Assembly: GCA_016933055.1 (NCBI GenBank)
Contig: JAFGBS010000009.1
Coordinates: forward strand, 786,989-818,988
Direction: 5' to 3'
DNA length: 32,000 bases
DNA from: Promethearchaeota archaeon
GTDB lineage: Archaea; Asgardarchaeota; Lokiarchaeia; Sigyniarchaeales; Promethearchaeaceae
Shown here: in pieces, positions 10,639 through 19,225 of the stretch
Numbering within the stretch: position 1 is the first letter of the stretch
Layout of the letters: each line of letters begins with the position of its first letter
Notes under the pieces: generated by a model
Database searches by the model: none
The model's input: the letters and a program-made list of their open reading frames with translations, nothing else
What the model was told of the DNA's origin: nothing
Made by a program: the position numbers and the translations under genes

Positions 10639-11313
10639 TTGAATTCGAAGAAGCATGGAGTATGGATGAAATCAATGGATGAGATGGATAAAGTATTGCT
10701 AACAAATCTAGAAAAAGACGCACGGATGTCATTGAAGAAACTTGCCCAAGAATTGAGTCTTAAGACCTCTACGTTGTATCATCGTCTACATAAATTAAGC
10801 GAATCAAAAACGATAATGAATTTTTCTGTAATTGTTAATCCAGAAAAGATTGGAATTATTCTGTTTTATCTTCTAACAGTGGAATTAAACCTTTCGGATG
10901 ATTCTATATCTCGTAAATTAACCGAAAACCTTGCGGAACAGTTATCGCATGATTTAAAGGAAGTGTTTTTTAGTGCGATGGGTGGTAATAATACTTTACA
11001 CATGGTTGTTTCGTTTTTTAACACACAACATATGGAGGAATTCTTGCATATCTTATCAACCAATGAATATGTGAAAAATACAACCAAAGTAAAACTCAGT
11101 TTTATTCCAAAAGGTATGCGAATGTTTGATTTCAATGAAGAAAAACTGATGGAATTGATAACTGAGAAAAATGAGGAAAAAAAAATAGAAGATGAACTTG
11201 AGAGTAAAGATCTTGGGAATTCTGAAAAATTAAGGACTTCTTCTATAAATATCGTCTCAGAATTAAGAACTGAAGATAGACGTGAAGATAATGATGAGTT
11301 AATTCCCCTCTAA
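10639..11313 (+). CDS. Lrp/AsnC family transcriptional regulator with acidic C-terminal extension
   Basis: MDKVLLTNLEKDARMSLKKLAQELSLKTSTLYHRLHKL HTH followed by a RAM-like domain. The true start may be a downstream ATG. Confidence 0.85.
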   Translation: MNSKKHGVWMKSMDEMDKVLLTNLEKDARMSLKKLAQELSLKTSTLYHRLHKLSESKTIMNFSVIVNPEKIGIILFYLLTVELNLSDDSISRKLTENLAEQLSHDLKEVFFSAMGGNNTLHMVVSFFNTQHMEEFLHILSTNEYVKNTTKVKLSFIPKGMRMFDFNEEKLMELITEKNEEKKIEDELESKDLGNSEKLRTSSINIVSELRTEDRREDNDELIPL

Positions 11314-11389
11314 TGAAAATTGATACTAAAAATTGATAAGCAAAGCACTTAATTTCACATGCATTATTTTCTAGGTAGTGAAAAAGAAT

Positions 11390-12019
11390 ATGAAAATTGA
11401 ATGGATCGATCATAGTTGTTTTAAAATCAACATTTCTGGAAAAACCATATATTGTGATCCGTATAAAATCCCTAATAATCCAGAAAAAGCCGATATTATC
11501 TTGATAAGTCATGAACATTATGATCATTACGATAAGGAATCTGTCGGTAAAATTAAGAAAAGCACTTCAAAAATCGTTTGTCCTGCATCTTGTGAAAAAA
11601 TTTTAACCAACGAGAAAGCTAAAGGTATCGAACCTTTCGAGACTATTGAAATTGAGGGGATAACCATTCAAGGAGTTCCAGCATACAATCCTAATAAAAA
11701 ATTCCATCCTAAAGGCAACAAATGGCTGGGGTTCATTGTGGACAATGGGGAAACGAGGATTTATCATGCGGGTGATACTGACTTTATTCCGGAAATGAAG
11801 GATCTCAAAGGTATAAACATTGCGTTTTTACCAGTTGGTGATACCTATACCATGGATTTTCACGAAGCTATAAAAGCAGCAAATGTAATAAAACCGAATA
11901 TGGTTGTTCCCATGCATAATTGGGATAAAGATTTAAATGAATTTAAAGAATTGATGAAGAAAGATGCTCCTGATATAGGAGTGATAGTACTAAAACAAAA
12001 GAAACCTATTGAAATCTAA
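11390..12019 (+). CDS. MBL-fold metallo-hydrolase (Lactamase_B_3/UlaG-like)
   Basis: HSCF, ISHEHYDH, YHAGDT, VPMHNW. ATG 11390 preferred over GTG 11378. Confidence 0.9.
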   Translation: MKIEWIDHSCFKINISGKTIYCDPYKIPNNPEKADIILISHEHYDHYDKESVGKIKKSTSKIVCPASCEKILTNEKAKGIEPFETIEIEGITIQGVPAYNPNKKFHPKGNKWLGFIVDNGETRIYHAGDTDFIPEMKDLKGINIAFLPVGDTYTMDFHEAIKAANVIKPNMVVPMHNWDKDLNEFKELMKKDAPDIGVIVLKQKKPIEI

Positions 12020-12037
12020 AAAAAGTATGATGATTGA

Positions 12038-12925
12038 TTATTTTTTCTCTGCTTCTTGTTTTGTTCTTTTCTCAAGCACTTCTTCAATTTTTTTCTTTTC
12101 CTCATCACCCACAGATTGCTTAATTTCATGGAGTTGTTCAGATTGAGTTTTCATTCTTTCTGATTGGAATGCTTTTTCTCCTATGTGTTTTTCAATTGCT
12201 TTCTGTTTGTCTTCAATTCCAATATTTTGGGTGGTTTCTTTCCTTTTTAATTCTTGTTCTCTCTTCTTTTCCGCTTGAAAAGACTTTTCCCCGATATGGA
12301 TTTGAATTGCTTCCTGCTTGATTTTGAAATGAATATCCCCTGTTACTTGTTTTTTTTGCAGATCTCGATCACGAATTTTTTCTGATGCAAATGCATGATC
12401 ACCGACCGTTTTTTCAATTGCTTTTTGTTTGTCCTCAATACCAATCTCCTTAGTTACTATCCGCTTTTGCATTTCTCTTTCTTTAATTTGTTCCGCAGTG
12501 TAAGCTTTTTGACCCACATTTTTTTCTATAGCTTGCTGGATTTTTTCCTTTTCTATTTTTTCGGTTACAATTTTTTTTTGGAGGTCCCGATCCTTAATTT
12601 GTCCTGCTGTAAATGCATGGTCTCCAACGGTTTTTTCAATTGCTTTTTGTTTTTCTTCAATTTGGATGTTCTTTGTCACTTCTGCTCTTTTTAAGGCACT
12701 TTCTTTCCGCTGTTCAGCTGTAAAAGCTTTTTCCTCAATATTTTTTTCGATAGCATAACTATGTGCTTGCATTGCAACTGTTCTACGCGCTTTAGTATCA
12801 TCTAACGCTTTTTTCCGTTCTTCTTTTTCCTTATCGAGTAATTTCTTAATCTCTTCCTTGTCTTTTTTCACTTGTTCGGGATCAATTTCATCTTCTTCGA
12901 TCGGTTTTTCTTCTTCTTCAGTCAT
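12038..12925 (-). CDS. Uncharacterised highly charged helical protein with 37-aa tandem repeats
   Basis: 295-aa open frame. AIEK (once AIQI) recurs at residues 58, 95, 132, 169, 206 and 243. Acidic N-terminus; no recognised domain. Confidence 0.85.
   Translation of the reverse strand: MTEEEEKPIEEDEIDPEQVKKDKEEIKKLLDKEKEERKKALDDTKARRTVAMQAHSYAIEKNIEEKAFTAEQRKESALKRAEVTKNIQIEEKQKAIEKTVGDHAFTAGQIKDRDLQKKIVTEKIEKEKIQQAIEKNVGQKAYTAEQIKEREMQKRIVTKEIGIEDKQKAIEKTVGDHAFASEKIRDRDLQKKQVTGDIHFKIKQEAIQIHIGEKSFQAEKKREQELKRKETTQNIGIEDKQKAIEKHIGEKAFQSERMKTQSEQLHEIKQSVGDEEKKKIEEVLEKRTKQEAEKK
12158..12754 (-). repeat. Coding tandem repeat, 111-bp unit with 222-bp higher-order period
   Basis: On the + strand, ttttcaattgcttt(t/c)tgttt starts at 12189, 12411 and 12633, exactly 222 bp apart. 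Five full 37-codon units plus partial flanking units. Confidence 0.9.
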
Positions 12926-13061
12926 GGTGCTAACCCTTTTTTTTATGGTTAAATAAAAAGTGAAACCATAATATATGTTTATGCTCTAATTGGGTAGAAT
13001 ATTAATCCATATAATTATACACATTGATTAAATATTGTGAAATAGAGCATCCGACAAATTT

Positions 13062-14552
13062 CTAAGCTCCAGAAGTATGATTTTCCAACATCGTTGGGAT
13101 CCAAGATTCTACCAGCAGTTTTAGAGTAAAATCGGAACTGTATACACATTTTAAAAATTTCCCCTTCTCCAAATGATTGGAATTCTCAAAAATCCTTGTT
13201 CCTTGGTCAATTAACTCGTAATAATTATTGGAATAATCTTTTAATTTCAAAATCTCATTTACAGATAAATTTTCGATATTTTTATGGGATATCCCCTCTT
13301 TTAGTTTCAATAAGTCGGACTCTAATTTTCTTCCTTTCAGTGCCCAATTTAATGCTTCAATTAGATGTGTATTTTCAAAAGCACTTGTTTTAAGATCTTC
13401 TAATACTGGACAAATGAAATCATGTGTGGAACTGGAATTAATAAATGATTGGAAAACATCGAAGAAATTATCTATATTTTTTAGTAAATTAGTTTCAAAA
13501 AGACTAATTTGTGCACAATTTGTGCTATGTTTCCAGAAATCCATATTTAAGGGAAAATGTGGATTCCATAATAATTCTCCTATGATAGGAAGAATTAGGA
13601 TTTGAAGATCCAAAGGAACCCTTCCCCCTATACCCACGGTTATACCATTTTTATTAACCTGATCAAGTTCTAGATCTGAAATAGAACTCAAAATTTTTTT
13701 GTAGTCGGGGAGAAATAATCCTCCTTTAGTGCAATTCTTCACTAAATGTAATTTTTTAGTGTCTAACAGTCTAAGTTCTGTAATGTCCTTAAACTCAATT
13801 TGATGAAATTCGCATAAGTCTTGGATTTTTATCTGATTTTCTTGAGAATAGGGGAATTCTGACTTATGAACTAAGGAAATATTATTGAATTTGTATTTCA
13901 TCAAAAAAGGGACTAAGTTTGTTAGTGCCTCTATTGTAGGTTTAAAACAGTTTAAATCCACGTTGATACCTCGGAAGATCCATCCAGGGAAATCCACAAT
14001 CTGCATTTCAGGTAGAGTAATAAATTCCTCAAATTTATCAAAAAGAAATAATGTGTGCTCAATAATTTGGATAATTGTTTGGATTCCATAGTAAAATCCT
14101 CGAGCTGATGAAGATATTATCCAAATCGCTCCATTTGATATATTAATATAATAACTTTCATCCAAAGGTAGAGATGATTTCAATCTTTCTGGATATAACT
14201 CGTAACAGCACTCGTTTAGAATATTTTCAAACTGACGGATATAATTTTCTATTAATACATTCAAATCTCGCTTAATTTTAGTTTCATAAATTGATTCGGG
14301 TGTTATAATGGTGAAAAAATAATTCTCTCCCCAATTTTCATCCAAGTCACTATCTCGAATGGGAATTGCATTTAAAAAAGTGTTAAAATGTTTATTGAAT
14401 TTACTCGATAATAATAGTGCATTATCTTTTATTCTGTATTTATTGAGAAAGATTGTTAATAACGAAGATAAAGTGATCCCATTCTCCTTTTGTATCTTGA
14501 TATATTTTGGGGTAGGAAGAATAAAATATTTATTTTTTACCAGTAATTCCAT
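13062..14552 (-). CDS. GH20 (beta-hexosaminidase)-like protein, N-terminal domain recognisable, catalytic barrel apparently degenerate
   Basis: ILPTPK, ESYYINIS...ARGFYYGIQTIIQI, IVDFPGWIFRGINVDL match GH20 domain 2 and the start of the barrel. No HxGxDE catalytic motif seen. Confidence 0.65.
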   Translation of the reverse strand: MELLVKNKYFILPTPKYIKIQKENGITLSSLLTIFLNKYRIKDNALLLSSKFNKHFNTFLNAIPIRDSDLDENWGENYFFTIITPESIYETKIKRDLNVLIENYIRQFENILNECCYELYPERLKSSLPLDESYYINISNGAIWIISSSARGFYYGIQTIIQIIEHTLFLFDKFEEFITLPEMQIVDFPGWIFRGINVDLNCFKPTIEALTNLVPFLMKYKFNNISLVHKSEFPYSQENQIKIQDLCEFHQIEFKDITELRLLDTKKLHLVKNCTKGGLFLPDYKKILSSISDLELDQVNKNGITVGIGGRVPLDLQILILPIIGELLWNPHFPLNMDFWKHSTNCAQISLFETNLLKNIDNFFDVFQSFINSSSTHDFICPVLEDLKTSAFENTHLIEALNWALKGRKLESDLLKLKEGISHKNIENLSVNEILKLKDYSNNYYELIDQGTRIFENSNHLEKGKFLKCVYSSDFTLKLLVESWIPTMLENHTSGA

Positions 14553-14617
14553 ACGGATAGGAAAAAGGGTAAAAATTTTAATTTTTTGCCATTTAGTCTT
14601 GAAATAAGGTAAAATCC

Positions 14618-15697
14618 ATGGTAAATGTGAATTTAGGTCCCCTTAAATTATCTTCTGACCTCATACTTGCTCCAATGATGGATGTAACAACACCAAGTTA
14701 TATTTTAATGATTCAGCATTATGGAGGATTGGGTTTTTATAGTATTCCCATGGTATTTGTTAATCAAATATCACAAGCACCGAAAACTGTAAAACCGGTT
14801 TTAGAATTTGCAGAAAAAAATATTCCGAGTAGTGTGCAAATATGTGGAAGCGGAAAATCGTATGAAACCATAAAAATGGCACTTGATGTGTTAAACTCCT
14901 ATGATTTTTCTATCGTAGACGTAAATGCTGGATGTCCTGCAAGGCATACATGTAATTCTGGAGGGGGAGCTTCACTAATGAAACCGCATCGCTTTCAAGA
15001 TTTACAATATCTAGTTCATTCTATTGCTAAACATTCTAATAAACCAGTTTCTGTTAAGATTCGAACTGGATGGGATTCTAAAGATGGTTTAGAAGGTATT
15101 GTAAAAATGATTGAGGACGAAGGTGCCAGTTTCTTAACTATCCATGGAAGATTAGCAAAAGATGGATATTCAGGGACTGTTGATCTTGATAGTATAAAAA
15201 AAGTAAAAGAACTATCCAATATTCCAATAGTAGGCAATGGAGACATATTTAATCATACCACTTATCATTTAATGAAAGAAATTACAAAAGTGGATGCTGT
15301 TATGATTGGTAGGGCTGTAATGGGTTTTCCTGCCACTTTTGCCGAAATTGATGCTGGTGAAAAATCTCAAAAAACTAGCATTGTAAATCATACAAGCCCT
15401 CTTTCTCATTTTTATTCTGAATTATTGGTCGATCGTGAACCTAACACCCCTAGTAAAATCCAAGAGTATTTACAAGTTCTATTAAATTCTATCGAATCCT
15501 TAGGCTCTTATTATAATAATGATAAATTTAAATTGATTGAACTTCGGAAAAATGCAATATGGATGATGAAAGGCATGCATAACTGCGCAAAAACTAGGGA
15601 AAAACTAGGAAAAATAAAAAATATTCGTGAACTCCTTCACTATGTGCATAATTCACATTTCGTGAAAGATCTTAGTCCAAAGACAAATATGGCATAA
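14618..15697 (+). CDS. dus: tRNA-dihydrouridine synthase (DusB-like)
   Basis: LAPMMDVT, QICGS, DVNAGCPA, GGGASLM, SVKIRTGW, TIHGR, VGNGDI, AVMIGRA. Confidence 0.93.
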   Translation: MVNVNLGPLKLSSDLILAPMMDVTTPSYILMIQHYGGLGFYSIPMVFVNQISQAPKTVKPVLEFAEKNIPSSVQICGSGKSYETIKMALDVLNSYDFSIVDVNAGCPARHTCNSGGGASLMKPHRFQDLQYLVHSIAKHSNKPVSVKIRTGWDSKDGLEGIVKMIEDEGASFLTIHGRLAKDGYSGTVDLDSIKKVKELSNIPIVGNGDIFNHTTYHLMKEITKVDAVMIGRAVMGFPATFAEIDAGEKSQKTSIVNHTSPLSHFYSELLVDREPNTPSKIQEYLQVLLNSIESLGSYYNNDKFKLIELRKNAIWMMKGMHNCAKTREKLGKIKNIRELLHYVHNSHFVKDLSPKTNMA

Positions 15698-16304
15698 TCT
15701 GAGCAACATCCTCTGTTAATATATAGAATTTCTGACGACCCACTTTGTAGGAATCGATTAAATATAAATTCTGCAATCGCTGACAGTGGAATGTGATAGC
15801 TTGTGGTGTTACTCCACAAATGGATGCAATCTCTTGATGACATGAATTCGGATTTTTACTCAAATAGCTAATGATTTTCTTTGGTGTATCACGTTTGGTT
15901 GCTGCTATAACTTTTTGCCTCAGTGATTTTTGTTCGAATGGTAAATCATCATGTTCTTCAAAAATTTGAGTGGGATCTCTACCCTTGTTAGTCACAAAAA
16001 AGCATTTATATCGACCATTTTGAATGCTTTTTACTAGTCCTTTTTTCTCTAATATCGATATATGATACTGCACGACGCCTGCTTTTTTATCAAGATCACG
16101 ACAGATTTTGCGAAAATGAGTTCCTTCATTTTGTTGGATATTTTCATAGATCGCATTTCTCGTGCTTTGAGTTAAAACGTCGCCAGCATCATAGCCACTT
16201 CGGGAGTATTTCTTACCACTAGTAGTTCCCGAAATTGACACCATAGACACGCCTATTAAAAGGGCAATTGTTAGATGTCGAATCAGTCTCTTCGGTGTTC
16301 TCAT
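15672..16304 (-). CDS. Tandem winged-HTH transcriptional regulator (ArsR/MarR-like, COG3398 type) with N-terminal hydrophobic segment
   Basis: TRNAIYENIQQNEGTHFRKICRDL...VVQYHISILEKKGLV and IISYLSKNPNSCHQEIASICGVTPQAITFHCQRL. 3' end overlaps dus convergently by 26 bp. Confidence 0.8.
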   Translation of the reverse strand: MRTPKRLIRHLTIALLIGVSMVSISGTTSGKKYSRSGYDAGDVLTQSTRNAIYENIQQNEGTHFRKICRDLDKKAGVVQYHISILEKKGLVKSIQNGRYKCFFVTNKGRDPTQIFEEHDDLPFEQKSLRQKVIAATKRDTPKKIISYLSKNPNSCHQEIASICGVTPQAITFHCQRLQNLYLIDSYKVGRQKFYILTEDVAQIMPYLSLD

Positions 16305-16353
16305 CTTATTTCACAGCAACGTTGAAAATGTATATTTTTATTAAATTTTAAAT

Positions 16354-16371
16354 AGATCTTAATTAAGATCT
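16354..16371. promoter_or_regulatory. Perfect 18-bp palindrome, candidate operator
   Basis: agatcttaattaagatct is self-complementary and lies 50 bp upstream of the wHTH start, beside an AT-rich TATA-like tract. A partial copy (cttaattaa) starts near 16389. Confidence 0.55.
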
Positions 16372-16447
16372 GATACAAATTATCAGTCCTTAATTAAAAG
16401 TGTAACACGTTCGAAAGAATTAGAACTTTTCCTTGATAATGAAAATT

Positions 16448-17557
16448 CTAATTTGAACTACTTGATGCAAAAAATCCTTCTATAGGTTTGTATAGGATGG
16501 TTTTTTGGAATATATGTACATCCACGACTGCATAATTTTGAAGTATAATCCCTCGTAACTCTTTTTTTGTTTGAGTGTTCAGAATTTTACCAGAATTTGA
16601 CTGAATTTTCAAACATAGTATAGGAATTGCGTAGTTATTAGGATTGAACCGATCGGTACGTAATCGTAAACTAGATTTTAAATGATTTATAATATCAGAA
16701 AAGAATTGTTGCTTGGTGCAATATTTTGATCTAATTACCGTTGACTTCCATATGATAATTCGATCTAAATGCCTTTTTCTCTTCAAGTTGATGCGGTAAC
16801 CTTTATTTTTTTCCACTTCTACGATAAAATAGCCATGAGGTAGGTTAAAATCAGATAAACAAACAGGAATATTACATCCAGGATTAAAAATCCAATTATC
16901 TATTATATACTGCTTATGGAAATGCCCTAACCCAAAATAATCTATTTTTTTCTTTAATGGAAGGAGATTGGAATATGACTGTCCAGGAATTCCTTGCATT
17001 TGCCCTTGAATTCCAAAATGATTAAGTAATATGGTAAAATCGTTGTTGGATGAAATGTTATTATCCATTCTTTCAATATACCCATCGATTTTTTCACCAT
17101 AATATGAATTTCCGTAAATATTTACGGAGTTTGCAATTTGAATACTGTCTCCATTATCTTGGACATCAAGTCTTAAATTATCCAGAATCTGGATTAAATT
17201 CAAATCGGACAACACCCTTAACCACGATATACTCTGAGTAATTCTGGTGCCCTTTGAAAATCTTCGTATATCATGATTTCCTTCTATGGTGTATATAGGT
17301 ACCTTCGAGTGTGTTCTCTTATGAAAATTTTTCAAAACATCAAGAATTTGAGAAAAATAAAAAGGTAATATATCAATCGAATTAAACACATCACCCCCTA
17401 ATAAGACAAAGTCTACTATTTCATCTCGAGCTACATCTAATAACTGTTTAAATGCATTTATGTAATCCATTGCACGGTAACAATTACTGAATTGAGCTTT
17501 TCCTAAATGTAAATCACTTGCATGAACAAATTTTACGATTACTTCATCAGAACCCAT
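16448..17557 (-). CDS. Mre11/SbcD-like metallophosphoesterase nuclease
   Basis: VHASDLHLG, LLGGDVFN, IEGNHD, LLNHFG, GLGHFH. Confidence 0.88.
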   Translation of the reverse strand: MGSDEVIVKFVHASDLHLGKAQFSNCYRAMDYINAFKQLLDVARDEIVDFVLLGGDVFNSIDILPFYFSQILDVLKNFHKRTHSKVPIYTIEGNHDIRRFSKGTRITQSISWLRVLSDLNLIQILDNLRLDVQDNGDSIQIANSVNIYGNSYYGEKIDGYIERMDNNISSNNDFTILLNHFGIQGQMQGIPGQSYSNLLPLKKKIDYFGLGHFHKQYIIDNWIFNPGCNIPVCLSDFNLPHGYFIVEVEKNKGYRINLKRKRHLDRIIIWKSTVIRSKYCTKQQFFSDIINHLKSSLRLRTDRFNPNNYAIPILCLKIQSNSGKILNTQTKKELRGIILQNYAVVDVHIFQKTILYKPIEGFFASSSSN

Positions 17558-17649
17558 TTGTTCAGGGTAGCTCTAATCACATAAAAAACTAGATAGTGAG
17601 ATTTGCTTTTATTAATATAATTCTCATTTTATTCCCATTTGTATTTCAT

Positions 17650-18999
17650 TCAATAAAAAAAATCCTCGATGAGATCGATCACATTCTGGGAATATAGCCA
17701 CGGTCCGATAATATCCGATAATGAAAGCCCCTCTTCGGTTAATTTAATGAAATTACCATTTTTATATGCAAGATCATTGTCTAATAAAATAATTAATTCT
17801 GGAAACTCCTTTTGCGGTTCTCCTTTGAAATATCGGCGGTATGAATCTATATCCAATCCTTTTATCTTAAGTAGGGATTTCAATATAAATCTTCGACGTT
17901 TGTCCTCTTCCGTTAGCAAAATACCATATTTTGCATAGTCAAAGTCGGAAGGATTAAAGATATAATTATGCAATATTCTCGAAATATCGAGTTGAGATAC
18001 TGCATAGGGTTCAGAATAATGAATCTCTTTTGTATAAGAACGGGATCCACATCCCAATCCTATCATTCCATCCGTAATAAAAGAATAGTTATCAGTTGAC
18101 AGAGATGTGTTCACACGCATTGTATCCTTTTTTACAAATCTCCGCATAGAATCTTGGATGAATCCCGCATTCAAAAGGCGCTGTCGTCCTTTTTGATATA
18201 AAGTCATCCGTATATCATCTTTACGTTGATTCTTAGGTTGCTCTAGTGATGATATTGGGTGGGGGTATAAAGGGTACAGATGAAATTCATCTGGTTCATA
18301 ACTAATTGCCCGTTCGATTGAAATTAAGAAATCACTTTCGGTTTGATCATCAATTCCATAAACCAGATCAAAATTCACATGGGGAAATCCCATGGAAAAT
18401 ATTAATTCTAATCCTTCCTCAATTGCATCTAAGGAGATGAATTGGTGTAATCGCTTAAGTTCCTTCTCCAAAAACGATTGTACTCTTAGATTAATCCGTC
18501 GAGTATGTCTCTCCAGTAAGATTTCTAAGATCTCTTCATTACAATCAGGATGCAAAGAGATTGATAAATCTGAGGTTTTTAGAGATGTGTGAAAAATCGT
18601 TTCAATAATATCTAAAACGCGATGTATTTGGTTTACATTAAGAAGAGATGGAGCTCCCCCATCGATCTCGATATACTCTATTTTAAGAGATCTTTGAAAA
18701 GAATTTAGAATGCTTTGAATTATGTTCCCTTGAATTTCCATTGAGTCTATAAATGGATTAATTACTTTTTGATTAGTTTCTAATATATTAAATGAATTGA
18801 CATACCTACAATCATGTACATCAAATGGAACATGCAATGATAAGGTTAGATGTCGCATATCTTCATTTTGCCACAAATCAGAAATATTTAGGGGAGATGG
18901 AAACTCTCGATAAGCAGTTTTAGGAGGATATGCCTCTGTGTATGCTATATATGGGTTTTGAGAATTTAATTCGTGTGCTTTGAATTTTTTAATATCCAT
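17650..18999 (-). CDS. STM4012/HemN-like radical SAM superfamily homologue with degenerate cluster motif
   Basis: AYPPKTAYREF, LHVPF, VQSF, NFDLVYG, FHLYPLY, GMIGLGCGSRSY. DVHDCRYV stands where CxxxCxxC is expected. ATG 18999 preferred over TTG 19020. Confidence 0.8.
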   Translation of the reverse strand: MDIKKFKAHELNSQNPYIAYTEAYPPKTAYREFPSPLNISDLWQNEDMRHLTLSLHVPFDVHDCRYVNSFNILETNQKVINPFIDSMEIQGNIIQSILNSFQRSLKIEYIEIDGGAPSLLNVNQIHRVLDIIETIFHTSLKTSDLSISLHPDCNEEILEILLERHTRRINLRVQSFLEKELKRLHQFISLDAIEEGLELIFSMGFPHVNFDLVYGIDDQTESDFLISIERAISYEPDEFHLYPLYPHPISSLEQPKNQRKDDIRMTLYQKGRQRLLNAGFIQDSMRRFVKKDTMRVNTSLSTDNYSFITDGMIGLGCGSRSYTKEIHYSEPYAVSQLDISRILHNYIFNPSDFDYAKYGILLTEEDKRRRFILKSLLKIKGLDIDSYRRYFKGEPQKEFPELIILLDNDLAYKNGNFIKLTEEGLSLSDIIGPWLYSQNVIDLIEDFFY

Positions 19000-19225
19000 T
19001 CTTTCCTTCTTTCTTATCAAATACGTACCTCCTTGATTTGTTCATAACTAAACTATCGTGATTACAGAATTTGTGCATTCTCAATTAAATATAGTTCATG
19101 AATCTCTACGGGAAATTAAATTAATCGTACTATTTTAAGAAGCTAATAAAAGCTCTTACGAATGAGGGTTCCTATATCTATAGTATAATCAAAAAATAAA
19201 TATAGTATTTATAAAACTTGGAGAT

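Noticed and set aside
15672-15697. 26-bp convergent overlap of dus and the wHTH gene
   Set aside because: Short 3' overlaps are common in compact prokaryotic genomes; no further signal.
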